Positions 1-11,823 of a stretch of 64,000 bases of DNA are shown here, piece by piece. Within the stretch, counting starts at the first letter, position 1. Every line of letters begins with the position of its first letter. The notes under the pieces were generated by a model, which saw only the letters and a list, made by a program, of their open reading frames with translations, was not told the DNA's origin and searched no databases. The DNA is from Protoeuglena noctilucae (Eukaryota): the NCBI GenBank assembly GCA_958009085.1, contig OY253684.1, positions 434,001 to 498,000 of the forward strand. The letters are read 5' to 3'. Made by a program: the position numbers and the translations under genes.

Positions 1-388
1 GTGGCAGTGGGGGTGGCATTGAGGGCGGCAGGGAGGGTAGCGTTGAGGGTGGCAGTGGGGGCGGGGGTGGCAGTGGGGATGACAGCAAGCGGACGAGGTG
101 ATGGTGGGCGGGGCGGTGAGCGAGGGTGGGGGTACAGGTGAGGCGCAAGTCAGCCAGAACCCGACCACCCATACGGGGTGCTGACCACCGCACTACACAC
201 TATATCCCACCATACATGCCCTACCACCCCTTGCCCCTCACCTCCTTGGTCCAGAACACCTGTCCGCAGTTGAGGCTAGTTGAGGCTAGAGACAAGACAA
301 CAACCATACCACCGCTCCCTCACCTCCTTGGTCCACCTGGCTAGGTACAAGACAATAACCATAGTGGTACCACTCAATCCCCCCTCAC

Positions 389-3300
389 CTCCTTGGTCCA
401 GAACACCTGCCCGCAGTTGAGCACGAGCTGCCCCGGCCACTGCAGGATCCACGTGCTGCGTTCCTTGTTGGGGAAGTCCTCGATCGCGTCTCTCGCCATC
501 TTGTGCACCGTCTGGTAGATGACCTCCTCACACTTGGTCAACCACGCCTCGACCGCCCCCACCTTACCGGGGCTCACGGGTTCAATCCACGGGATGCGCT
601 CCTCCTCGACCGAAACCATCCCCGTGATGTCGCCGTTTGCGTGGAACTTGAACCGCGCGACCGCCTCGAATATCTTCTGCGTGAAGTCCTGTATCTTGAG
701 GGGATCCTTGCACTCGGACAGAATCTCCAAAAGCTGGTCGTTGGAGAGGAAGTAGAAGCGCGGGAAGGCCATCTTCTTCGTCTCGAGAAACTCGTTGAGG
801 CCCTTCTCGACAACGTCCAATAGCTCGTTGGCGTGGGTGAGGGAGTCGAGGAGTCCATCCATGTCGGCCACGTGCGTGAGCAGCGGGTCCTGCACGGTGC
901 GGTCCATGACGCCCCGCCAGATTGCGTCCATGTCCCGGAAAGCCATCCCCTCCGTCGGGATCTGCCGCACGATCTCCTCGGACCCGAAGATCGGCTGCAG
1001 GTACATCCACCGGCCCTGGCACTTGAGCCACTCCTCCAGGATGGACTGCAGCCTTGTCAACAGCGACTCCCAGGGTCCGATCTCGCGCATGTGGGGCTTG
1101 GCGAAGGGAGACGTGCCCATGGCCTGGACCTTGATGATGTGGTCGTCCAGCAGCGCCTGGGCCTCGTCGACGGGGCCGCCCTTGAGGATGTACGTGCCGG
1201 TGCGGTCGTACTCGGCGAGCTCCAGTGACAGCCCCTCCCAGTCTCCCTTCATCTTGCCCAGCTGTTTCTCGATGGTAAACTCCCGCGACGCCCGCTCGGA
1301 GATCGCCACCAGGCGGCCCACGGGGTCAGGCACCTCGCACTCCTCGAGTTTCTTGATCAGCTGCCCCAGCCGCATCTCGTCCGGGCGGATCTCGATGCCC
1401 ACCGCCCCCACCATCTCCGCCCAGTGACGCGCCTTGAGGCCCTTGTTGCAGATGGCGTGGATGAGGGGCAGGTGCACGCGGAAGTTCTCGATCTTCTGCT
1501 TCGTCTCCAATGCCAGGTTGAGGGGGTCCTCCAGGAGCTGCAAAGAGGGTGGGGGTGGGGAGGGTGGTTGGTTGAGGGTGGGGGTAGCAGTGGGGGTGCC
1601 AGCAGCAACAGCACCGCACCACACAAGCACCCCTGCCTCCCTCGCTCCCTCGTCCGCAACCCCACCACCGCATCACTCACCACCACTGCGCCTCCACTCC
1701 TACCCACTCCTGTACCTCGCTCCCAACCCGTTACCACCCTTTCACCCCCTCCCCCCACTCACCCTCTCCACCCACCAACCCCCCTCGGCACCCACCCACT
1801 CGCACCCACCCACCCCAACCCCACTCACCCTCCCCCCCGCCGACCCCGAGAAGACCTTGGTGAGCTTGTCAATCTTCCGAGTGCACTCCAGCACCTCGTT
1901 CTCAATCTCCTCCGGATCCAGCGCCCCGAACGTGATCTCGTGGTTGTTCGTCCACTTGTTGTAAGATTCGAAGAACTGGTGGGAGGTGGTCCATAATATG
2001 AGGAAGGGCTCGAGGCGGGAGATGGCAGCACCGATGTTCTGGAAGCTCGTGGTGATCATTCCGAGGATCTTCTCCTGCGCGTTGATCTCCTCCGACTTCG
2101 CCTGGGCCTCCCTGGGGATGTGGGATATGGGTGGAGGGGTGTGGGTGGGGGTGGGGGTACGGGTGGGTGTAGAGGGGGTGTGGGTGTGGATGTGGGTGGG
2201 GGTGGGTGGATGGGGTGTCGCATTTGGGGCTGAGAGGGTAGGGGCATACGCCACTTTCCATACAGAACTCAGCCTCCCCTCGAGCCCCCCCCCACACACA
2301 CGCATCTGAGCTTCTCCATGAGCTCCACCAACACACGCATAAACATCCACATGAACCCCTCCCTGTTCCCCACCTCAGCTTCTCCATGAGCTCCACGACC
2401 CTCGCCGAGTGCTTGGCGCGGCTGACCACCCCCCCCAGCGTCTCGAATTCGTCCACCTTGGCCTCCAACGCCGCCACGTCCTTCTTGAACGCCTCAACCA
2501 CGTCCTTCAGGTCCTGCGGGGACACAGAGATGGGGGGTGAGTGTGAGATGCAGGGAGAGTGAGAGTCATGCGGGGCATGTGGGGACGAGGGAGGGATGGG
2601 CATGGGATGCAGTGAGAGTGAGAGGCTTGTGGGGCATGTGGGGATGTGAGTTGATACATGTTGCATGCAGGCTGAGAGTAGAACATAGGTACAGAGATGC
2701 AGAGAGCAGAGGTAGGGACATGATGATGCAGAGAACTGCGCTCGCTCAGCCTCGTATGCACCCACAGACACATCACATCGCCCCTCTCCCACCCCCCCCC
2801 CATCCTCGCCTTCTGGAATCGCTGCTCCTCGGCGTTGGCCCTGGCGATGGCCTCCCTCATGATCTCCAGCATCTTCTTGGGCCACTGGTACGCCTTCATG
2901 CTCCACACGAAGTCCTGCGATGCGATGGGGGAGGTGGGGGAGGTAAGGGGCGTGTGCGTGCAAAGTCGCTATGTTAAAGATCGCAGGCTGCCCTGTGCAG
3001 GGTTCCACATTCCCATCCCATCACCACCACCATCACCATCACCAATACCATCCATCCCCCCCATTCGTCACACGTAGGCATGACACCACCCCTCAGGCGT
3101 CACCTCTTCCTCCACGGGGAAGCAGAACCGCTCCAGGTACTCGTCTCTCTCCTGGTTGAACTCAATGTCCTCGCGGAGCTTGTCCTGGTCCTGCTGGCAC
3201 TTGCTGCGGGGGAGAGGAGAACACACGCGTGCTCATCGCAACAAGCTCATCACTTGCTGCCGTTCCGCTCATCTCATCTCTCCTGTCTCGGCCCCAGTGC

Positions 3301-6300
3301 CCGGCGTCGCGCAGCAGTCAGAATCAAATCCACTCTCACTCACCTGTAGAACTTCTTGAGCGCCACCACCTCCTCCCCCGTCTTGCTCACGCTCGAGAGC
3401 TTCCGCTGCATCTCCTCGTACGCCTCGCAGATCTCCTGGGATGCGACGAGCGACATGCAGTGAAGATGACGATTGCTACCGATGCTATATGTACCAGGTT
3501 TGAGAACGGCCATCACACGAGTCCGCAGAGCTGGTATGACTGCACCACACGCAACCGGCTCAGCACCACCCTGCGCACCTGGTTGCTCTGCGCGTTGGCC
3601 CTGCGGATCTCCTCGAGCAGCGTCCGCACCACCGCGTTGGCCTTGTCCACCAGCAGCTGCTTGAAGCCCGCCGCAGAGACCTCGAACAGCCCCGTGCGTA
3701 CGTCCGCCATGCACGTCGCCTGCAGGGCGGAGGACGACGCGCTGCAGTCCATCACTGCCACAGAGACTAATGGATAAGCCATGAACAGATTCGCAAAAGG
3801 AGGTGACCCATAGGACATATAGAACAGCAGCTGAACGTGCCATCGCACCATCGCCAACTGTTTGCTCCTTTCGCACTGAAGCACTTGCATAGTACCCCCA
3901 GAACCTTCCATTTTTAAAAACAAAGCAAATTGCCTTCTTCCGCGCACCTGGATGGCGGCGGCGGCCTTCTGGAAGCGCTCAAGCTCGTCCGTGTATTGGT
4001 CGAGGCTGGGCTCGGATTTGTTGAACTCCTCGCAGTGCGCGCGGACGTCGAGGGGGACGAGGAACATGAAGTCGTCGAAGAGGCGGGCCAGCGCGTGCGG
4101 CGCCTGGGTGTTGGCGCGCACGATCGCCCGCACCCGGTCCACCGCCCGCGTCACGCACTGCTCCCCCAGCTGCACCGTGGGGATCTCCTGGTCCTTGGAC
4201 GGGGCCACCTGGGGAAGAGGAATCATGATATGGAGATTTATAAAGAGACCATGTGGAGGTGTACATCCCAGGCTGTGGCATATCCGCATGACGCCTGCGT
4301 TGCCGCCCCGCCCCGATATCCCACCCACCTGCACGACGCCCGCGTTGCCCCCCTGCCCCGCCTCGACCCTGGGCAACCCCTGCACCGCGAGGGTGAAGTG
4401 GTGCAGCACGTCCACGCACATCTCCTCCACCTGCTCGAACGACGGCGAGAAGTCCACGGACTGGTCGGGCGAGACGACGAGCTCCACGCGGAAGGCCGCC
4501 GGCTGGTGCCAGAACAGCCGCGTCGCGTCGGGGTCCACCTGGGGGCGCGGAGAGGGCGAGAGGGATGGAATGCATGGGGTGCCTTAATGGGAGATGGGTG
4601 GCAGGTGCAGTGCTTGCGGCGAGGGGGCGCCACGTGTGACAGGATTGGTTTCAGGCGACGCTGGTACTAGCTGTGCGTGAGAGGGTCAATTGAATGTGAC
4701 GCTGCCCTGTCAGGTCCACCCAACCGCTTCCTCCAAGCATCGCGCCCCGCATGCACCACATGCCTCCCGTCACCTCGGGCACGGCGGGGTGCGACTCGAG
4801 GAACCCCACGAAGGCGCTGAGGGAGTCCTCAACCAGCTGCCGCAGCTGGTTGGACTGCAGCGTGGCGATGGAGCGCCAGTAGGCCTCGGAGTCGTTGTTG
4901 ATGAAGAGGGGCGGGAGGCGGCGGAACACCTCGGAGCACTTGGGCACCCACACGGTCCAGAGGAGGTTGCGGATGCGCTCGCACTGGCCCATCTGGTGGG
5001 CCTTGAACTCCTCAATGCGCATAGGGCACTGGTTGCGGAAGCCCAGCGAGGAGACGTCCACCAGGACCTGGGTGGGGGGTGGTGAGAGGTGACGGATGGG
5101 GTGTGGTTAGGGCTGCAAGGTGGGGTGCGAGGCGGGTGCGACGGTGGGTGCGGGGTGGCGTGTTGGAAATGCACAAGTGCAGGGTCCCTCCCTCTTCGCT
5201 TCAGCCGCATGTCATGTGGCAGAGTGCCTCACCTTGTCCGCCACGCCGCTGTGCGACTGCCAGATGGTGGAGAGCTCGATGGCGTTGGGGGAGAGGGTCT
5301 GGAGGGACCAGGCGAGGTCGTGGGTGGCCTGGTCCACCGCCACGCGCCACGAGCCGGGGAGCTGCCGGAAGCACGGCCGGCGCCACCAGTTGCGCCACAG
5401 GCTGTACTCGGGCCACACCTGCGGGGGCGCCGAGGTGGGTGGCGTGAAACGAAGCGCCGGGCCAACGAGCAGGCCGCAACGGACCCGGCACTGCCGTCGG
5501 CCATCGACAAGATTGCACCGCAAACCAGGCGCCAGCACATTCGCCTCTATCGACCAAAACCCAGCCTCACCTTGGCCAGGGCGTCCAGGCCCAGCCTCTG
5601 CCGCTCGACCGGGCTCACAATGGCGTAGTCCACGATGGCCTTGCGCATGCTCTTCAGGTAGTCCCTGCGGCCGAGGAGCGGGGCGAATGCAACATTATCG
5701 CGACGTTAGACGTCCCGACGCCGCACCGCGACCAGCCCCTCGCGTCCCTGCCGCACTGCACCGAGCACGTGCCACCGCCACCACCACGTTGCGCCTGCCC
5801 TGCGCCTCTCCGGTCACCTGTGCATCTCGAGGATGCTAGACTCGACCATTTCGTAGTAAAACTCCTCGCTGACGCCCGGCGGGGCCGTCTGCGGGATGAG
5901 CGTGAGGGCGTTGGCGGCCCATTCGTCACGGTAGGGTGCGATGTGCCGCTCGGAGATCCCCTCCTCCAAATAGAAATAGTATCGCATCACGGCGTCCGCG
6001 ACGGTCTGCACGTCCGCCACGGGCGTGTCCACCGGCAGCACGGTCAGCCGGGGATCTGTAAAAAGGGCAGGAGGGGCAGGGTCAGGGTGGGTGCAGCGTA
6101 CGGTGCGCGTGCCACACCCTCTTTCTAGCTTCGACGGAACGCGAGCGAGAGAGGCTTGGAGCATCAGAAGCTCGTTCTTGGTGCCGCGCGCGCTCACCCA
6201 TGTCCACGCCATCGCCCCACGGGACGAGGATGCCCTCGATGGGCCGCCCCTCCTGCGCCATCTGCCGCACGCGCACCACCTCGGGGAGGCCCTCGCTGGC

Positions 6301-7387
6301 CAGCGACGCCGTGCTGGGCTCGGAACCGATCCCGGAGGAGCGGCGGGGTTCGCCACCCTCTGGGCCGTCCCCGTTCACCCTGCAGGGAGCAGCGGGTTCC
6401 GACCGTCACGCCCGCTTCCACCACCCACTGCGCCTGTTTGATTACTGCGTGTCAGCCTGCCCATCGATCGGGTCGCCCTGATCGCCTCACCGGCTGCCGT
6501 CCTGGCTGGCCCCCTCGTCCTCGCCCCTCAAGCGCCGGATCGTGCTCTCGAGCAGCTCCTCCCGAGACAGCCCCGGCCCTGCCCGGGTGTCCCCGGGAAG
6601 GGCCCTTGGTTGGGGTCCCGACCGCGGGCGCACGGGGCGGGACGACGCGTGCATGGAGCGGATCTGGGGGGGATGAGGGCGCAGGACAGGTATGTAATGG
6701 GTCGGCTAAACCTTTGAAAAGGAGGAGAAGACAGGAAAGCGTGCAGTGATATTGCGATGAGGGAAACAAAAGTTCTATCGTGGGCCATGCGCATGGCAGG
6801 GCGTAATTCATTCGCCCGCCAACCCCAGTTTACGCCAACGCCCGCCGCCACCGGCACCGTCCCCGGCCTCGCCTCGCTCAGTGGCTGCTTGGAGGCCTTC
6901 CGGGGCTTGTTGGGGTCCATGGGGAACTCCTCGAAGAGCACCGCCGCCGCCTCGGACGCCGTGGGCGTGAGGTTGCTGGCAATGCGCGTCGACGGGGGGT
7001 GGTAGTACGGGTCGTGCGTGTTGCCGTACGTCGCGGCGAGGGTGAAGAGCGCCTGCGAGAACCACGAAACGGGCCGGCGAATCAATTGCCGCGATGGTGG
7101 GGGCTTGAGCACACCAACAGCTGTGCCAAGAAGCGCTGCTCTGTGCAGTGGCGGTGCAAAGGGCCGCGCTGCTTTGGCGGCCGCTGCTGGGTGGACGGCT
7201 GGTGCCGCAAACGCCCCAGAGGCAGTTAGACGATCTCGCCTGGTCGTTGACCATTGGAGGGAGGCGCATCCGCGACTCAATCACGTGGCGCGCCATGGCC
7301 GCCTCGGCATCCGTCGCAAGGTGGAGCGGCACCGCCTTCCCCGGCTGCGCTTGAGCCGCTCTCCTCTTCTGCTTGGGATCTCCCACC
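389..7387 (-). CDS. Axonemal (probably inner-arm) dynein heavy chain, N-terminal part. Multi-exon; the gene continues past the left edge and the true start codon is not determined.
   Basis: Exon 389-1537 encodes DHC_N2 motifs (WLKCQGRWMYLQPIFGSEEI, FPRFYFLSNDQLLEILS, VEAWLTKCE, WILQWPGQLVLNCGQVFWT). Upstream exons are approximately 1829-2111, 2374-2513, 2810-2914, 3104-3203, 3344-3436, 3579-3719, 3948-4208, 4329-4538, 4774-5068, 5233-5418, 5571-5665, 5818-6054 and 6199-6379, with weaker exons up to about 7387, bounded by GT/GC-AG. Confidence 0.93.
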
Positions 7388-8780
7388 TGCAAACCAACGG
7401 GAGGCACGGGACGGTCGCTGGGGGACGGTCGCGGGGGCGCTTTGAAAGCAAGGCAACACCAGCCTCGTCGATGGCAGGGGCTATCCTGTACTGCAGCGCC
7501 AGCAGCAAAAGTCAATGCATAGCGGGAGTAAGGGCCGACGCGCCAGGGCCGCGAATATGGCGAGGCCTCGCGCGAAGTGTGCGCATCGGCCTGCTGCACG
7601 GATTCCGAGTCGCGCAGATCCGCCAAAGGGTGTGCGGAGCCGGCCCATCGCCCTTCGGCAATCGGAGATCACGGCAAAAGGCCAAGGGCCGGCGACAGAC
7701 ACGGGCAGAGGGCCCGGCCCGTTCCAGCATGCCGGGCACGAGCACACGCGGAGTCCCGCTCCGTGGCACGTCTGGGGCGCTGCACACGTGCCGAGAAACT
7801 CGAGAAGGCAACAATAAAGCGACAGGACGTCGCAAAATCTTAAAGAGGGTCTCAAGAGGGCAGAGGGGCCCGAGGAAGCGCAAAACCAGGACGGAGCAGC
7901 GCCCCTGAGCCGGGAAGCATCGAGACGACCGAAGATGATTGCTAATTGAGACATGAAATTTGCAATGAGGAGGTCACAGGCCTACGGCACGCTCCCCGCG
8001 GCAATCTCGTTCGGACAGGGGAGCGACAGCGCTTGCTTTCGAGAGGAAGTCGATGCGAGCGCATGGGAAAGACCAAAGTAAGATTGGTGGCGCGCCCAGC
8101 GCGTGACGGGCCCCACTGGTTCCTTCTAACGGAGGGACATGCCGCTGAGGCACCTGCACCGCCTTCTTCGCCACCTCCTCGAAAGGGAACAGCACCCCCG
8201 TCGTCCCCTCCGTCATGGGTCCCGCGAAGGGATCCGCGACGCCCTCCCCGAGCATCTCGCTGGCCAACCGCTTCATCTGGCTGGCCGTTCCCCCACGTTG
8301 CAAAGCAGATCAAATTCCGCCGGCCATGGCACCGTAAGTTGGTACAGTGCACGTCTGAACGGCACTCAGGTCACAAGTCTAGGTCTGCGGCACGAGCGTC
8401 CCGGCAGGGGAGTGAGGCTGGGCCTCGACCCGGGGCGGTGTCAAGCACGCGCCAGAGGAGCACCCCCTCGGCTCAACGGGACGCGCTCCGCGTGACCGTC
8501 CCGGATTCCCCGTTGCACGTTGCTGTGGCTGGCCGTCCGCGGTCCGAGTTGGCTGCCCAGGGATGCCGTGGTATTGGCCATTCGTTGGCTCACCGTCGCT
8601 GTCGCACTCGGAGGTCGATCTGATCCACCGGCGCTGCGGGAAGATAAGCGTGGGCATTGAAGGTAGCATCCACTGCGCGTCGGATGCGCATCGGGGGCGA
8701 TTCCAGCGCGAATGGATCCAACAAAGCTGCTTTCCTGGACGGGGTGGTTTCGTCATCAATGGTGCTCTGCTCGCCCGCAG

Positions 8781-9213
8781 TTCCAGCGGGCTTTCGACGT
8801 GTGCAGGCTTGCCAAGGTCCCAGCGCTGTCGGGCTCCGAGGCGGGCTCGCAGTCGTGCGAGTTAGTCGAGCGACAGCTCGTCACCTGCATCGCTGCGCAG
8901 GTCCAGCCGTGCGTGGATGTCTACGTGAGTGGGTGTGGCGTTCCTCGCGCTGGCCGAGCACGGCCACGCTTTCGATCGGGGCTTGTGCTCTCGTGCACCC
9001 CACCCCGCCCCACCAGCCTCGCTTCCCCCTTTGATACCCCATCTCTGCTCTGCACCACAGGTTGACTACCAGCGATTCGCCGACCAGCTCATGAAGTACG
9101 CGCACGGGCGCCCCAGCAAGGAGCAGGAGAAGGAGCGGGAGCAGAAGTATGCCGCCGTGAAGGCCTGCCTCGTGAGCCGAAAGCTATACCCATTCCCTCA
9201 CCCTCCCAAGTGA
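8781..9213 (+). CDS. Small spliced hypothetical protein, possibly with a degenerate EF-hand
   Basis: AG/GT-bounded segments with GC3-rich codons: FQRAFDVCRLAKVPALSGSE, VQPCVDVY, VDYQRFADQLMKYAHGRPSKEQEKEREQKYAAVK. The start is not determined. Confidence 0.35.
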
Positions 9214-9477
9214 ATCCGCGCCTGTCGACTCCATGCACCACCTGTTGTCACTTCAAGCGATATCGGGGCGCCGGTGCGCATCGGAGGGAGCCACGAGGGC
9301 CGCTAGCGGCGCGTGCTGTGCTCACACGGGGCGGCTGTCCCGGCGCATCCCGCCGGGCGCCGCACGCTAGGTGTCCGGCCGGCGCACGCGAGACGCGACG
9401 AGGCAGGTGGCCCGCTGCCAGGGGCCTGAGACGGAACGGGACGCGAAAGGGGACGGGTCGCGACTACGGGCACGCTG

Positions 9478-11299
9478 TCACTGGGCCGTGCACCCACCCC
9501 CGCCAGTGCCGTTCTTGGGCGGCGTGACGAGGCCCAGGTTGCACAGGGCCGTCATGGCCGACTTCTCCAGGTTGAGCGTGTACATGTGAAGGCCCGGGAC
9601 GCCCGCGTCGAGGATCTTCTTGCACATGGACGTGCACACGTCGATGCCGTACTCCTTGATCGCGTCGTCGCTGTCCTTGAACTCCTCCACCTTGTCCGCG
9701 ATCTCCTTGGGCACCTTGGTCTTGCAGAAGCTGGTCATGCGCTTGAACCCGTTGTACGTCATGATGGGCATGATGCCAGGGATGATGGGGCACTGGATGC
9801 CCTGGTCGCGGCAGTCCTTGACGAACTTGAGGAACTGATCCGTGTCGTAGAAGAGCTGCGGGGTGGGGGGCATGGCGGGCCATGGCAAAGGCATGGGGCA
9901 CACGCAAGCTCCGGCCCACGGGCGCCTCTGCCAGCCCTGTCCCCACCTGCGTGACGACAAAGTCGGCGCCCGCGTCGATCTTCTCCTTCAGATACCGAAT
10001 GTCTTTCCAGTAGTTCTCCTCCATCTCCTTAGGGTCCTCCACAATGCTGTCCGGGTGCGCCTCGGGGTACCCCGCCACTCCGATCCCAAAGTGGTCCCCG
10101 AACTCCTGCAGCGGTAGCAAAGCACCCTCTGTTAAGCTCGGAATGCGTCCCGCGGCCGGCGCGGCGCGGAAGGGGCGGAGAGGGCATGGCAAGAAGGCAC
10201 GGCTGTGTACGGGCAGGGCGCGCTGCAGAGGGGCCAGCCTGCGTTCCGGATCCGCGGCCCGTGGCTGCTGCGGCGCGCTCGCCTGGCGGATGTATCGGAC
10301 GAGGTCAAGCGCGCAGTTGAACCCCCCCTCGACGGCCTCCCACTTGTCCTGCCCCTTGGGCGGATCGCCGCGCAGCGCGAGGATGTTGCGGATCCCCACC
10401 TCCTTGCACCGGCTCAGTGCCTTGACGACCTTGTCCTTCTCCATGTTGGTGCACGTCAGGTGCATCATGGTCTCGACGCCCACCTCGCACTGCGCACAGC
10501 GCGGTGCGCTCAGCAGGTCGCCTGGGCTCGCTGACGGGCGCGGGCGGCACCCGGGCTGGCGCGCGCGCTATGAGCGGTCGGAGGCACCGGGCTCGAGGCG
10601 CGGCTCGCGCCCGGCGCTCCTATGCTGCGCGGGGGCCTCGCCTGCATCCGCGTCGCGATGTCCATTGTGAGGTCTGCCGTCGACCCGCCTGCGCCCCAGG
10701 TGATGTCGCAGAAGGTCGGGTTGCTCTGCACCATCCTCCCCATCCGCTCGAAAAGGTTGTTCACGCCCTGCGAGCGCGCGCCGGGGCGCAGATGGCCGAA
10801 GTGCCCGTGCCACACGCGCCCAGCGCCCGTCCGGGCCAACCACGCAGGCAGCATGCGCTCCCGGGCCCGTGAAATTCCAAAAACTCTGCAGCGCGAGCAT
10901 CCCCGGGCCGATTCCGCCGCTCGCGGGTCCCCGGCCTTAGCCGGGGAAAAAAAGCGAATGCGCGCGGCATCGACGCGACGCAGGGGGGCCCGAAAGCGAT
11001 CCCGCTCGTTCCGAGCTTCGTGGGATCGGGCCGGCCCTCCCAACCAAACGGCGGCCGAGGCCCGCGACCCCGGTGCCTGCCTTCCGCGCCCGGCCGCCCG
11101 CGCGCGCACGGGGCGGCGTGGGGCGCCTCCCAGCGCCAAGGCAAGACATTGCGGGGTCATCGCAATGTGGATCGCGTCCCTGGGGCCCCTCTGCATGCCG
11201 CACCTCCTCCGTCTTGGGCGGGAAATACTCGAACGAAAAGAACTTCTCCCCCCTCTCCATCCGCTCGTTCATAATGTCGATGATCTTGCGCCCCACCAT
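9478..11299 (-). CDS. MTHFR: Methylenetetrahydrofolate reductase, catalytic domain only (about 321 aa)
   Basis: Exons 11204-11299, 10642-10767, 10283-10489, 9947-10105 and 9478-9855 join in frame. Motifs: [79 protein letters not shown]. Confidence 0.96.
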
Positions 11300-11823
11300 C
11301 CCAGAGGCGCCTTCGGGGTGGGGTGCAGGGGGTCCTGCGGGATCGGCCTCCTGGATGGAAGGGGCCAGCGAGCGCGATGGAGGAACGTCGAGGACAGCGA
11401 GATCGACACCGGGAAGCCGCGGAGGCGCTGAACTTTTCGCTTTTCCACCGCCGTCAGGTTCCCTGACATCCGCCCGTCCGACCGCGGCTCCGCTCGCGCG
11501 TCCATGCCCGAGACGCCCGCCGAGAGTCGCCGTTGTGGACGCGAACCCGGTCCCGTGCCCTCTGCCCGAGTCCTCGCTTCCTCCGGGGGCCTCGGACCTG
11601 CTTAGACTCGGCGACGGGCGACGGGCGAGCGCCGGGGGACTTTTGGCTCGGCGGGTCTGGGGATGCATCATGAAGAGGGTCTGCGATGACGCGGGCGACG
11701 AGCTCGCCCAGCGTGTGCGCAAGCGCGCGCATTGGGTCGCGCAGACAGTGCGGTGACCATGGGTCCCGGCCACGTCCACACGCGAGCACGGTCCGGCTGT
11801 CTGAGCTCCCACAACGTGTGTCG

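Noticed and set aside
7974..8303. Minus-strand ORF MKRLASEMLGEG...KKAVQ
   Set aside because: Could be a 5' dynein exon or a tiny gene, but I cannot link it by splicing or assign a family.
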